A DNA stretch of 64,000 bases from the human T2T-CHM13v2.0 reference genome, Homo sapiens (GCF_009914755.1 NC_060936.1), one strand, 5' to 3'. Positions 37,037 through 56,589 are shown, counted from the stretch's first letter. Translations and numbers: made by a program. Notes: generated by a model not told the origin, from the letters alone.

Positions 37037-37667
37037 GCACATGGCTGGATTAAATGCTCAAACATATTAATATAATATTAATTACCAGTGAATACCTTGA
37101 GCCTGGCCAACCAGAGAGCCTTGGATGGAGACTCCCAGTCTTTGCAGCAAGCTGGGTGTGTAGGTTTCTACCTTTAGGATGTGACTTCCCAACCTGACGA
37201 GGAGCCAAGATGCTTGAGAAATTGCCATTTCCATATCATTTGTCAGTTTCTCTCAGCAGATGGTGCTCTTGAGACCTTCACCCACATGAGTTCAGAGGGC
37301 AAGAGCTCCAATTTGGCTACCTCCCAAACTAAAGATCTTCGTGTCCAAGCATTGTCACCAGGAAGCGTATTGCTGAATAAATGCATTCTTGAGTTAATGA
37401 ATGGGAGGCAGAAAGCCCTGATGCAGTGTCAAAGGAGGGCCTGGTCATCTGGGGGTTTGTCTGGCAATTGAGCCAGGGGCCACCTTCTCTACTTCCCTCT
37501 GTAGGGTCGTGAGACTTTGAGGAAGAGACACAGCCCCTGGTGCCTGGAGACCTGGTTTTTAGTCCTGGCTCTGATTCTTAGCTTGCTGTGTGATCTCAGG
37601 TTTTCACTTGTTCACCACAGCACCTACTTCCCCCTTCATAAAAGGGAGACAGCACCAGTGGGGCTCA

Positions 37668-38744
<1,077 letters not shown>

Positions 38745-39198
38745 CACTCAGAGATGGAAAGGGATTGCCCCAAGACCTCCATGGGAGGTGGCAGACCAGG
38801 GCTTAGAATACAGCTTACCTAACCCTCAGCCAGAGTTCTTTCTGCCTGCTCCAATGTGAGGTTGAGACTGTTTCTCAAGCTCTGGGGAGACGCTCCCCAG
38901 TGGATATTCTAACCAGGATGGGAAGTGTCAAGCTGTGTAACAGATCTCTGTGCACGACGCCAGGGAACACAGAAGAAAGGTCACATTCCTTCCAGGAAGA
39001 AGCGACAAATCTCCTATACAGAAGAATTCCAAATAATTGATGTAAATTCTCTGCAGTCATGGCAGGGGAGCCTAACTCCAACACCTTTGGGGTGATCTGA
39101 GTGTAGTGACTTCCTTCCAAACACTGCAATATAGAAAGGGGGAACAAAGAATAGCTTTACAATGGAGAGCCCTGGCAAACAGTACCTACACCAGGTGA

Positions 39199-40018
<820 letters not shown>

Positions 40019-40509
40019 AAGGAAATTATCCATGATGATGTCATGCATGTACCCTTGATAGAATATGAGGAAAGTGGCACTTTGCAGTCTTCCTCCCAAA
40101 TCCTAATCATGCGAAAAATATCAGAAAAATTCCAACTGGGGCACATTCTGCAACATAACTGACCAGCATTTCTCAAAGCTGTCAAGGTCATCGAAGCCAA
40201 GGAGAGTCTGAGAAACTCACAGCCAATAGAATCCTAAGGAGAATTGAGGACTAAATGTAATGTGGGATCTTGGATGGGATCCCAGGACAGAAAAAGGACA
40301 TTAGGCAAAAGTTAAGGGAATCTGGAAAAAGTAGGGACTTTATTTAATGACGATATATTAATATTGGTTCTTTAGCTATGACAAATGTGGCAGAGTAGTG
40401 TAAGATGTTAACAGCAGGGAAGATAGGGGGTGAGTTATATAGGAACTCTCTGTATTATCTTTACAACTTTTATGTAAATCTAAAAATATTCTAAAATTTA
40501 AAAAGGAAA

Positions 40510-41720
<1,211 letters not shown>

Positions 41721-41834
41721 AAAGAGGCCACATGCCAAGGCTGCTCCCAGCTGTGTGAAGGAAACTGATTTTATAAGCTACGTGGCTTCTCTTTGTCCTT
41801 CCCAAACCTCTCACCCTAGGGTGTTACCCTTCCT

Positions 41835-42035
41835 CCACCAGGGAATGGAAAGAACACAAGGTTCAGAGTCAAACAGGTGGAGACCACCCCAGCCCTGCGG
41901 CTGACTGGTTTCAGGAGCTTGGCTAAGTCACTCAGCCTCGCTGGGTCTGTAAAATGCAGAAACGTCTATCCCACGCTGAATTTATAGGATTAAATGAAGC
42001 AATGTGTTAAAGCACTTCTAAAGGTATAAAAGCTT
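41835..42035 (+). mobile_element. MIR SINE
   Basis: GGAAAGAACACAAGGTTCAGAGTCAAACAG...TCTGTAAAATG...GGATTAAATGAAG. Confidence 0.7.
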
Positions 42036-43284
42036 TTATAATCTTCTTTAGACCCACAGACTTGAATGACTGTTTTAAAACATGTTTTAAATATGCAGTT
42101 TCCGAAAGTATACACTTACCATATACACAATTTTATATGAATCCGTGGTGGGATCACCTACATGCCTGGCATGTGTGTGCAGTCTTTTGTTTTCTTTTCC
42201 TTTTTTACTTATTCTTCCTCCTTTTCTCCTCCCTGCCTTTCATCTAGTATGTATACCTCTCTATTTTTCTCCATATTTTATAGCCCTATATATATATTTG
42301 CATATCTGTGTAGTTATACATATACACATATACATGCATAACAGCCATGGGCAAGGTTGCTACTATTTACAAAAAAAAAGTTGGATCATAATATGTATGC
42401 TTTTTTTTTGCATCTTACTTTTCTTCCTTAAAACACGTGTTAATGTTTTAAGTTATTTGATAATGCCCTGTTTCATCTTTTTAGCATCCTTGTACATATT
42501 CTGATGTTTTTATTTCTTCAGGTTACATTCCCAGAGTGATATTTCTGGGTGGATAAAAGCAAAGTGTATTTTCTGTCTTTTTAATTTTAGCAGATGTTGC
42601 CAGGGCCGCATGTGGATGACTTAACTTGTAATGTCACTGCACTTGTCACTGTAGCAAGGAGAAAGCCTTGACCTGAGAGTCAGGCGGAAGTCAGCTCTGC
42701 AAGGGATGGGCTGTGTCACTTTGGACAAGTTGGCTTCCCTCTCTGGGCTTTGATTTTGTAGTGGGTAAAATAGGTGGTTGGTCTAAGACAGTGTTGTTTA
42801 AATTAACAATGCAGCTGATGTCCTCATAAATAAAATATTTGTGATGCCCTATTTACGAAACAGAGATAGAGGATACTCTGAGGAAGCAGAGTCCCTGCCT
42901 TCTTGATCTTTCCTATATGCCCTCGGAGGGTCCTTCAGCATCTCTCAGAAGAGAAGACTATGCTGAGCACAGTTAGAACTCACGGGCATTTCCGGAAGTC
43001 CTATATTCCAAGTGTGTGCCAGTGACGCCTCCCAAAGAGCAAGATCAAGGGCTTGTTTTTCCATGTGCCTCTTGAACCCCCTCCCCACTTAATCCTAACC
43101 ATATTTAAGCCTGATGATCCCCATTCCAGGTATTTGTACAAAATTCCTTTCCATCCTCTCCCCAGAAAGAATACCAAGGGCTGGGCCAAAAGAAAAGAGT
43201 TAAAGCAAGGAGTACTTCTAGATACCCTCACATAGACCCTCACTTCCAGGGGCTTCACTCCGTCAAGAGGAATTTTAAAACTTT

Positions 43285-44180
<896 letters not shown>

Positions 44181-44379
44181 ATTTATATGGATTACATTGG
44201 TCAGAAGAGTGACTCATGAATCTGTTTCCTTTTAGAAATGGAAATCTTTTTAATTTTAAAAGCAAAAAAGTTTGCTTGTTGCAAAAAATAAGGAACTCTG
44301 GAAGACAATTTTACGTATGTACACATTGTACACATATGTACACATTTTTATTTTCTGATTGATGTTGCACAGTGTTCTG

Positions 44380-44705
44380 CTGTCACAAAAAAAAAGCTTT
44401 GACACAACAACATGAATGAATCTCAAGAGTATTTTGCTTAATAAATGAAGCCAGACTCAGAGGTTACATACTCTATGGCTCCATTTATATGACATTCTAT
44501 AGGAATGGAAACAGATTAGTAGTTGAAGAGCCTGATGGTTGGAGAAGGGCTGACAGTAAAGATGCAGCCCTAGGAAAATGTGGAGGATGGTAGAACTGCT
44601 CAGTATCTTGAGTATAGCAATCATTTGTCAAAAACACATAGACCTATCTACCAAAACAATTGAATTTTACTCAGTGTAGATTTAAAATAAACAATAATTT
44701 TAAAA
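44380..44705 (+). mobile_element. L1M 3' fragment
   Basis: CAACATGAATGAATCTCAAG...GAAGCCAGACTCAG...CCATTTATATGACATTCT. Confidence 0.7.
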
Positions 44706-45120
44706 GATGATTCAAAGAGTAGGAGTCTTGCTCACTTACCCTGCAATAGCATTGGATAAATCCTCACAATTCTAATTGCTTGAAGCTACACATATAGATA
44801 CTGCAGCTCTACTCTTTAATTTCTTGGAGGTTGGGGATCTAAAATCTTCCCCAACTCTGCCTTGGCAGAGCCTGTCCAGCAGAGAAGGAAGTGACTCTGG
44901 GATTGAGAGCTGCAGGTGCCAGCACTGTGCACCTGCTCAATCAATACAGCATACCCAGGAAACCTGAGACCATATTAGCTGTGTTTTAAAGAACTTTCAG
45001 TGCCCCAGACGAAACTGATCTATGGATTCATGTTCCTTATTCTATACTGCAAGGTGTCTGGAAATTCTGCAGTAACCAAGTATTGTCACCTGTTTCCCTT
45101 AGAACTCATCCACTGATAGC

Positions 45121-45231
45121 CGGGGGGCAGAGGTTGCAGTGAGCCGAGATCACGCCATTGCACTCCAGCCTGGGCAACAAAAGCAAAAATACAACTCAAA
45201 AACAAACAAACAAACAAAAACCAAGAAAACA
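45121..45231 (+). mobile_element. 5'-truncated Alu (3' end of right arm only)
   Basis: GGCAGAGGTTGCAGTGAGCCGAGATCACGCCATTGCACTCCAGCCTGGGCAAC plus A-rich tail; 20-bp TSD 45101-45120 and 45232-45251. Confidence 0.9.
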
Positions 45232-45469
45232 AGAACTCATCTGCTGGTAGCAACATTTTACTGGCCGAAGAAAACACTGTTGCTTCACAGCAAACTATGT
45301 AAGGTCTAACTCACCCATCGTTCTTGCAGTTCTCTCTGCTTTCTCATTCCCCAGTAAACCCCAAGGTCACCTCCAAGCTTTCATCATTAAAGGGGAGGGA
45401 AGAGGTCATCAGTAGAGCACCTGTGTGCCAGACATTGAGCCAAGCACTTTATATCACTGCAGCCTCTTC

Positions 45470-45655
45470 CTGGCAGTATGATCTTGAGAAAGTGTCTTAA
45501 CTTCTCTGAACCTTTACCCTTACTTGTTGAATGGAGATATTAATAACACTCACCTCTCAGAGTTATTGTGAAGATTGAGTTAATGGAAGTAAAGCACTTA
45601 CAATATGTCTAATAGATAGTAACTGCCCAAAACATAGTAATTATTATTAATAGTA
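45470..45655 (+). mobile_element. MIR SINE
   Basis: CTTAACTTCTCTGAACCT...GTTATTGTGAAGATTGAGTTAATG. Confidence 0.75.
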
Positions 45656-45684
45656 GTAATCATGTTGCTATCATTATTATCACA

Positions 45685-45935
45685 AGAATTATTCATTAAG
45701 TGTTTACTATGCATCAGGCACTGTGCTTGGCAAATTGCATATATCACCTCATTTAATTCTTTTACTGAACCCAGTGAGGCAATTATCAAGGTAGATTTGA
45801 ATGCATTATTTCGAGTGGACGTTTTGATTCCCATTATACAGGTGAAAATATAAGGCTCAGAGAGGTTGAGTAACTTGCACAAGCTCACACAGTAATGGGA
45901 ATACAGGTCTATCAGATTTCCAAGCCCACCCTTAC
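45685..45935 (-). mobile_element. MIR SINE
   Basis: CCCATTATACAGGTGAAAATATAAGGCTCAGAGAGGTTGAGTAACTTGC. Confidence 0.8.
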
Positions 45936-45949
45936 AACACCAAGGGAGT

Positions 45950-46480
<531 letters not shown>

Positions 46481-46569
46481 TGATGATGATGACAATTTAT
46501 ATCTCTCAGCTTCTAGGCACATAGATACCTATTTCAGCTAACAAATTGCTACAGTAGTTTGTTTCAGAA

Positions 46570-47355
<786 letters not shown>

Positions 47356-48288
47356 ATTCCTTAAAGTGAAACATTTCATTTTATTTCATTCCAGCTTTTG
47401 CCTGCATAGTCTGAAATTGCTACTGATCATTCTTTACACATCTTGTTTAGTCTGTCTGGGAAGCTGAATGGACACTTGGCGGGAATGGCTTGGATGGAAA
47501 GCCCAAGATGGAGGTTAGAACCTCATAAGTAATAAACATTCATGCTCGTGCACATGCGCACACAAATGGTGCTGTCAACATTTGCCTAAAGTGTAAGCTG
47601 CTTATAAAAATGTTTTACTTTCCTAGCTCCATGGTTTATTCATTTAACATTCCTCATTAAGGGTTTAGATCTATATCAAAATGGGGTTATTTTTATTTTA
47701 AAAACATATGATTATTTCCTGATTAAAAATTGTTATGTACTTAATGGAAAAAGTTAAACACATATGGAAGTATATCATGTAGAGGAAATCATGACTGTCT
47801 TAAAATCTCCTGTCTTCCCCATTCCACTCCCTAAAATAACCATAGCTGGCAGTTTGTGGTATGTTTTAGAAAAAAATGTGTGAAGATGGTAGACAAGATA
47901 GAGAATGATCTGGACTGGGTGGACATTGATGAGATAAAATGATGAGACGGAATATCAAGTACTGTTTCATCCTACAAACTAACTGAATAAAGACTGGATG
48001 GGAAGAATGTCACAGGGTACATGAGAGAGAAAAAAGACATTAGAGGATTCTAGTTGAGGTTAAGCTTAGCAATACTGAATCATTTACTGGTGATTCCCCC
48101 TACCTTGCCCTTCAGAAAAGAAATTAATTCTGACTATCAGAGAGTTTATATTCTGGTAAGAGAAATGGACATTAAACAAAAAAATCATATATATGTGTGT
48201 GTGTGTATTACATTGTTATGTTATATTATATTATATTACATTATAACATCTATGTATATAATTTCCATTGCGATAAATGCTGTAGAGT

Positions 48289-48492
48289 AATAGGTCTCAA
48301 ACAAGAGTGATTTTGCTCCCCATGGTACATTCAGCAATATCTAGAGATATTTTTGGTTGTCACAACTGAAGGGAAACAGAAGTGGTTCTGGGGTCTAGTG
48401 GGTAGTGGCCAGGGATGCTGCTCAACATCTTAAAATACACACGGCAGTTCCCCCAACAAAGAATTGTCCAAAGCAAAATGTGAATAGTTCTG
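48289..48492 (+). mobile_element. MER20 DNA transposon
   Basis: GTGATTTTGCTCCCC...TTTTGGTTGTCACAACTG...TCTAGTGGGTAGTGGCCAGGGATGCTGCT. Confidence 0.85.
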
Positions 48493-48642
48493 GTTACATA
48501 GAGCTAGGAATCCATATCACATGTAAACATAAAGCCACCAATTCAGTGGTTTTATGCAACAGAGGCTGCTTCTTGCTCATATGAATTCCAATAATTAATT
48601 CGTAAAGCAGTTAACCCTCTGATGAATTATCAAGAGCCCACT

Positions 48643-49016
48643 TTTATTAGTCTGTTCTCACGCTGCTAATAAAGACATATCCAAGACTGGGTAATTTATA
48701 AGAGAAAGAGGTTTAATTAATTCACAGTTCCACTGGGCTGGGGAGGCCTCAGGAAACTTACAATCATGGTGGAAGGGGAAGCAAACACATCTTTCTTCAT
48801 ATGGCAGCAGCAAGAAGTTCAGAGCGAAGTTGGGGAAAAGTCCCTTATAAAACCATCAGATCTTGTCAGAACTCACTCACCATCACGAGAACAGCACGGA
48901 GGTAACCGCCTCCATGATTCAATTACCTTTCACCGGGTTCCTCCCAAGACATGTGGGGATTATGGGAACTGCAATACAAGATGAGATTTGGGTAGGGACA
49001 CAGCCAAACCATCCCA
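48643..49016 (-). mobile_element. THE1 (THE1C-like) solo LTR
   Basis: TATTAGTCTGTTCTCACGCTGCTAATAAAGACATA...GAGATTTGGGTAGGGACACAGCCAAACCA; TSD CCAC(T/G). Confidence 0.9.
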
Positions 49017-49249
49017 CCACGTCATAGGAGAGGAATCAGAACCTCTCAACTTCAATCCCACCCCAATATTACACAGTGGTAGAAACATCCAACCATTAAG
49101 CTTGAAAGCGAAACAGTAAAACCAACACAGATTCAGCTTCTGTCGGGGTTGTTCCTTTGGATGTGTGGGTACTATGAATAACCTCCAATAAAGACGAGAA
49201 AATAAATCATTGAGCCCAGACTGGTACGGAAAACAATGACTGAATCAAT

Positions 49250-49440
49250 TCAAATCACATAAGCTCTACTTTCAAATATCTTAAATGTCTTTACTTTTGT
49301 CCATCTTTGTTACACTACCACAGTACCTATCACACCACCATCACCCTTAGCCTGGAGGAAGACAGTAGGAACCTAATTGCCTTCCTCCATACCTTCTAAC
49401 TGCACGCTCCACACAGCAGCCAGAATGTTACTTTTCAGAA
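49250..49440 (+). mobile_element. L2 fragment
   Basis: CTCTACTTTCAAATATC...CTCCACACAGCAGCCAGAATG. Confidence 0.65.
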
Positions 49441-50239
49441 ATTTTTATTTTAATCAAAAAAGGCATGTGCGTGAATTTTTTTGAGTTAATAGTGAGAATT
49501 TATAAATGGTTCTGCAAATTAAAGAGAATTCTGTCTCTGAAAGGCAACCAGGAGAGTGTTTCTGTTCTTCTGTTATTTGCTCACAAGCAAAAATTCGAAA
49601 AGCCGATGAAAGCCCCTTAGTGCTTGCAGGTAGCCACTTTCTTATCAAAACAAGACAAAAGAGTAAATCGAACCATCCAGAAAATCACGTATCCACCCCT
49701 TAAAAATATTAATTGAGAAAATCTCACACAGTGACAGTGTGAACAATGTGCGTGATATTTTAAAACTCAAAAAGTACTAAAAACTTTTTATGTAAAATTG
49801 GTCAATTCTGTTCCTCTCCATCCTTAGTTCAATCCCACTACCCATAGGTGACTAATTTCTTCTAGGGTTTATCTGCATAAAACTAAATAATATACACATA
49901 CTGTCATTTTTCTTTATCAATTTTAGTCTGTTAACTCCTCTTATGGTAGATAAGGATTTAGCTCCCTTATAACTACCTCTCCTCTTTATTTTCTCCCTGT
50001 CCTGTAAATTTTTGGTTAAATATTCAGTGTCTACATTGTTATGACTGTACTAATTTTCTTAAAAGCTGAGCTAAATAATACCTTCTAATCATCTTACTGA
50101 CTTGGTTAGCTTTCCATTTTTTCCTGGAGTTGACAATTGCCTCTTTTTTTCCATTTGTTTAACTATCTGTATTTTTTAAATTACTCCACCATACTTATCA
50201 AATGTCTACCAGTATTATTTTGTAAGTGCTGAATGAACT

Positions 50240-51840
50240 TTTAAAAACATAGACCTTGTTACACCCCTTTTTAAAACTCTTCAGTTAATTCCCATAGCAC
50301 TCAGAATGAAATCCCAACTCTCTACCTTGGTCAATAGAACTCTGCATGACCTAGCCTCTGCCTACTTTTCCAAGCCTTCTCAAGCCAACCTCCCTGTCTT
50401 TGTAGACTTTTTACATTTCCTAGAATACTCAAGCCCCCTGTTTCCCTGTCTCTTTGCCTGGATAGTTCATTCTTAAACTTCAGATCTTTTTTGAAATGTC
50501 TCCTCACAGAGGCTTTCTGTATCCATTGTTTATAAATTAATGCCGCCATCTCATTATTTTACTGCTTTCCTCTTTTATACATTTCAAGGTTTTTTCATTG
50601 CCTTTTCTGTATTCCCTGATGTTTCTCTCTCCTCCTTACTCACCTTAATTTTCATGATTAATCGTTATAATGACAACTTCCTTCCTTCATTCACTTCATA
50701 GAAGTCACTTGGCAAAATCAAAAACTTGTTTATTCAACTCTACCTTTTTTTTTTTTTTTTTGCCTCATACCCATGCAGTTGAATGTAGCTGAGGGGAAAA
50801 GCATACAACTGCAATAATCATAACTACAAACCCCTTAAAGCTGCCAAGCAATAATTTTCTATTCCCCTATGACATTGATGTTCTCAGTCCTAGAAGACTA
50901 TTGTGCATCTCATCTTTACACCTGAAACCCCTGATGCCTCCTTCTCCTCCTTCACTCCCAATTGACAATCTTGCTTTTTACTGTTTTGGGAAAATAGAAG
51001 CAGTCAGAGGAGAACTTCTCTGGACTCCCACATAGGGTCTATCTACCTACTCTTTGCTCTCTCCTGATTTTACAGAGAAACGTCTCAGTTTTGACTCCTA
51101 AGTGCATGCTCACTTGGGTACGTAGACACCATTCCTTCTCAACTATTGAAGAACAGCAGTCCAACAGTTCTGCCTCTTCCCTCCCATGGCATCATTTTTC
51201 CCTCCCAATTGGGTCATTTCCATGAGTATGCAAACTTCCCACTAAGTCTTCAATTTTAGAAAAAAAAAAAGCCTTCCTTTGACCTCACATCCCTCACCAT
51301 CTACATTCCTATTTCTTTACTTAATTTTGAAATGAAACACCTTGAAATATCATCTGTACCCACTTTATCTAATTCTTCTCCTTCCATTCTTTCTTAGACC
51401 CACCTTTGCCCTGACCACTTGACCAAACTTCTTTTGTCAAGGTTACCATTTTTTTCCCACATTGCTAAGTCCAATGTTCTATTTCCCAACCTCTTACTGA
51501 ATCAGCAGCGGTAGTTATAACACATTATCACTTTCTCTTCTATGGAAAATTCTTATCACTTGGCTTAGCAGATACCAAACACACTTTGTGGTTCCCTTTC
51601 TACCTCACTGTGTGCTCCTTCTCAGCCTCCTTCACTGATTCTTCCTCCAATCCCCTCCCTCTTTATGGTGGATCCCCCACTCTGCCCTCGGTCATCTTCT
51701 CTGCCTACCCTCACTCTGTCTCTGTCTACACTCTGTCTACACTCACTCCCTTGGAGTTGTCATTCAGTCTTATGGCTTCAAATGCCATCTATCTGCTGAC
51801 CACATCCACATTTACATCCATTTGTAAGATTTTTCCCTGG
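50240..51840 (+). mobile_element. L2 fragments (3' region and internal ORF2-derived region)
   Basis: CCCATAGCACTCAGAATGAAATCCCAACTC; GAAAATAGAAGCAGTCAGAGGAGAACTT; TTGTCAAGGTTACCA...CACATTGCTAAGTCCAATG; TCCTTCTCAGCCTCCTT. Confidence 0.7.
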
Positions 51841-52454
51841 GTTCATCCTCAGATCTATCTATTATGTTTGTTTTTCAAGGGGCTATCTTCTTTTCATGCA
51901 TTTGATTCATTTCCTTATTCTTTAGGCATTTTAAACATATTTATTTTAAAGTCATTTCCAGATTCAAATTCCTGTCTTAGCTCTAATTCTTTGGGTGTGA
52001 ATTCTTCTCAGGCTCCACACAGCTGTATTGTTGTTGTTGTTGTTGGCTTCTTGGTTGAGTGTTTCCACCTGAGCAGGTTGTGCAAGTTCCAACATTACAC
52101 ACATGTCAAAGGCTTGAGATTCTAATTTTTCACAATGAATTCTGTTTCATACCACAGCTTAAGAGAAACATCCTGGTATGGGTTGTGTACTCTGGCCATT
52201 GGGTTTAGTCTTTCTGATACACAGTCATGGACAGCATGGCCCCTTCCTGACTCCTAGATTTATTTAGAGAGCTCACTTCCAGCTTCCTGTTGTCAGTGTC
52301 CATGACCTTGACCTTGACTCTCATTCCTTATTGGGCATTAAGCCCAGCCCCTTTATTCCAATTGATTACTGTCTTTCTCTTCCCTTCCCTTCCTTTCCCT
52401 TCTCTCCTTCCTTTCCTCTTTCCCTCCCTTCCTTCCTTCCTTTACTTATATCTT

Positions 52455-52987
52455 CACTCAATTTGCTTTATTTTTAAAATGAAAAATGCATAAATTTAAG
52501 GTGTCCAACATGATGTTTTGATATACATAGTGAAATGATTAGTACAGTCAAGCAAATTAACATTTCCATCTCCTCATATACTTAACCTTTGTATGTGTGT
52601 GGTAAGAACCCCTAAAATCTACTCTTAGCAAATTTTAGGTATGCAATATATTATTAACTATAGTCACCATGTTGTACATTAGGTCTGCAAAATTTATTCA
52701 TCTTGTAACTGCAAGTTTGTGCCCTTTGATCAACATCTCCCCATTTTTTCCCAGCCCTCAACTCCTGGTAACCACTGTTCCATTCTCTGTTTCTATGTAT
52801 TTGACTTATTTAGATTCCACATATAAATGAGATCATGCAATATTTTTTTCTTCTGGGTCTGGCTTATTTAACTCAGTATAATATCCTACACAATCATCCA
52901 TATTGTTGCAAATGGCAAAGTCACCTTCTTTAAGGCTCCATCATATTCCATGGTGTGTGTGCGTGTGTTTGTGTGTGTGTGGGTGTA

Positions 52988-53018
<31 letters not shown>

Positions 53019-53270
53019 AACATTTTCTTTATCCAGTCATCCACTTAGGTTGTCTTCATGTCTTGGTTATTGTGGATAATGCTACAGTGAATATGGGACT
53101 GCAGATATCTCTTCAGGGTACTAATTTCATTTCCTTTGGGTATATACCCAGCAGAGGGATTGCTGGGTCATATTGTAGTTCAAGTTTTAATTTTTTGAGG
53201 AACCCCTATATTGTTTTCTGTAAAGGCTGTACTAATGTACCTTCCCACCAATAGGGTACAAGAGTTCCCA
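52455..53270 (-). mobile_element. L1MA 3' end containing a (TG)n tract at about 52952-53016
   Basis: AACATGATGTTTTGATATAC...CTGGTAACCACTGTTC...GGGTATATACCCAGCAGAGGGATTGCTGGGTC. Confidence 0.9.
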
Positions 53271-53581
53271 ATGTGCCCATTGATTTTAACTCCCATTTCC
53301 TGTTATCACTTGCAAACCCTCTTATATTTTTGCCACCCGAAGAGTTCCCCTTCTTACATTTGAGATTTGCTGTATGTTAAACACTTTTGGTTACATGTTT
53401 TTCCAGAATTTCTCTATTTGGAGTAGGAGCCTCTGCCTCCTTCATTCTCTGTTATGTAACACTTATATTTTCTTCAATGCACCATTTATTTTATTTTGTT
53501 TGCTTATTATCGGTGCCCCAGGAAAATGTAAACCCATGAGGGTAAGGGCCATGTCTGTCTAATCCCTTGTCCTACTTTTCT

Positions 53582-54041
53582 GTGGCAGACAGTTTGTGGG
53601 CCCCACCTAGATTCCCTTAACATTCACTATTTCCATACATGCCAGTGGCTTCTTACTGCAAACATTGTGACTCTGCCCTGGGGGATTTCTTTGCCTGCAG
53701 GAGTGCCAGGTTCACATACTGGACAGGCTGGTAGGTCAGAGAGTCATCCCCTGGGAGTACTCTTTGATTCGTGAGAGATGGAAGCTAGTGAATAAATATT
53801 TCAGCTTTTCTTGCCTCTCACCTGGGCTGACTCTGAGACATTTTTCTGAGAAATGTTTTATGCAGTCTTTCCGAGGTCTGCAGTGGGACCAAATGCCAGC
53901 TGCCCACACTAGCAACATGCTTTCAAACACCGTATTGGTTGTTATCTTGCCCTGTCTCATTTTGTCATCCACCTTCCAAATTACTTTCACTCACAACCTT
54001 TTATTGGGTCTGCTTCTGGATAAAAAAATTCAAGCTGAGAC
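53582..54041 (+). mobile_element. ERVL LTR (LTR16-like)
   Basis: TGTGGC start; GCCCCACCTAGATTCCC; CTGCAGTGGGACC; GGGTCTGCTTCTGG...AAGCTGAGACA end. Confidence 0.6.
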
Positions 54042-54124
54042 ACCCTATGGCTCAGAAACGTTCCTGGGGATACAACTGGATCCACTCTGAATGAATGAAT
54101 GAATGCATATGAAGAAATTGTATC

Positions 54125-54643
<519 letters not shown>

Positions 54644-55477
54644 TCATTTGTCCATTGTCATCACTTTAAATAGAGTTCAATAGGGTATCATTCTTTCTCC
54701 TACCCATGGGACAATAGTGACTCCTGTTCAGCTTCTCCCATACTTTGTAGTACATAAACAATGATGTAGTGAACATCCTAATAATTGCATCTTTGCACAT
54801 TTCTATGAGAATTGCTGTAAGAGAAATTCCTGGAAATTGCTATGAGTGTCATAAACTGTGAGTCTTTTGCATTTATCAGATCTGCCAAATTGCTCTCCAG
54901 TTTTGCATTCCTCACATCCTTAACAACAATAAGTGTAACCCACATGCTTCCTCTTTGCCAGTTTTGTATATGAATCGCAGACTTTTTGTGGCTAGAATTT
55001 GCACGTCCACAAATGTGAGTGAGGCTGATTTTCTTCTTCTGTGTTTATTACTTCTCCAAATTCTGAATCAGGAGAAAAGGAAATAGGCAGAGGGAGGTGT
55101 ACAATTGGACAAAGATTATCAGAACTATTCAAAAGCCCATGCTTTTGAATAGTTTCCCAGTGGGTGGGAAAATGAGATGTTTTTGTTTTGACATGATTTC
55201 AGACGATCGTAACGAGAAAGAAATAAAATTTAGTTGATCATATTCAAAATTCTGAAGGACTGAAAGAAAGTTAAAGATGTTTACCCAATGAAGGAAGTCA
55301 GTGCAAGAGGTAGCTTGCACAAACAGGCCCCAGGGCTGGACGAGATGGTTCATGAGATGGCAAGACTGGCATACCATCGGTTGGGCGATTAAACTAAGGT
55401 CTCTTAGTTTGCCCACGATTTTATTTTCTATCATGGTGAAAGAGTTGTCATTTTTCTCTTTTATAAACAAACACAAG

Positions 55478-56051
55478 GGTGGTATGAAGGTGGCCTGCCT
55501 TTCAAAGGGCCCCCAGTGATCCCTTCCTGCTGGTATTCACACCTTTGTTTAACCCCCCACCTCTTGAATATAGGCTGCACTTATTACCTGTTTCAAAATG
55601 ATAGAAGATGGCACAAGTTATGGGGTGTCTCTTCAATATCTAGGTTATAAGGGACTGTGACATCTGTCTTGCTAGCAGAATCTCTCTATTGCCTTCTGAG
55701 CTGGCACGATTTGATGAAGCAAGAATCTGTGTTGGAGAAGCCCACATGACAAAAAAAAGAGGGTGGAGGCCAGGTGCAGTGGCTCACACCTGTAATCTCA
55801 GCACTTTGGGAGGCTGAGGCGGGAGAATTGCTTGAGCTCAGGAGTTCAAGACCAGCCTGGATAAGATAGTGAGACCCCGTCTCTACAAAAAATAAAAATA
55901 AAAAATTAGCTGGGCATGGTGGTGCGTGCCTATAATCCCAGCTACTTGGAAGCCTGAGGCAGGAGGATTGCTTGAGCCCAGGAGTTCGAGGCTGCAGTTG
56001 AGCCACGAATTTGTCACTGCGCTCTAGTCTGGGCAACGGTGAAACCTGTCT

Positions 56052-56101
<50 letters not shown>

Positions 56102-56393
56102 AGGAAGAAAATGAGGGTGGCCTCTGGCCAACAGTCAGTGAGAATCCAAATCCTGCCTGCCAACAGCCATGTGGCGAGTTGGGAAGTGGGTCCTTTCCTA
56201 GCTGAGCCTGCAAATGAAACTCAGGCTCTGGCCAGCAGCCTGAGTGCCTCCAGGAAAATATCCCAGAGAAAAGGACCCAGTGAAGCTGTGTCCAAATGCC
56301 TGACCCACAGGAACAGCGTGGTAATAAATGTGTGTTATTTTGAGCCGCTAAGTTTTGGGGTAATGTTTTGTGCAGCAATCAATAACTAATACA
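55478..56393 (+). mobile_element. MLT1 (D/E-like) LTR, interrupted by an Alu
   Basis: CCTGCTGGTATTCACACC...CCTGACCCACAG...TAAATGTGTGTTATTTTGAGCCGCTAAG...AACTAATACA. Confidence 0.85.
55768..56110 (+). mobile_element. AluJ-like element with a 47-nt pure poly-A tail
   Basis: GGAGGATTGCTTGAGCCCAGGAGTTCGAGGCTGCAG; A-run 56053-56099; TSD core GAGGGTGG. Confidence 0.92.
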
Positions 56394-56589
56394 GATGGCA
56401 TGTTTTATGATGAACATCACTGATTTTATGGGATTTTGATAGCACTTTCATACTCCAGAGAGATTGAAAATCTCCGTTCACCTCTTGGGGAAAGTGGAGA
56501 GAAACTAAGTTCATACCCGGTTGTATTTATATTATTTTTCTGGACAAATAAAAGTACTTTTATCCTACTCTTTTTTAATAATTAAAAAA

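Noticed and set aside
51586-52125. 179-aa ORF
   Set aside because: Pyrimidine-rich L2-derived and adjacent repeat sequence, non-ATG start, no recognisable domain
55686-56378. Longest ORF in the window (230 aa, minus strand)
   Set aside because: Chimera of MLT1 LTR, poly-T (poly-Phe) and antisense Alu
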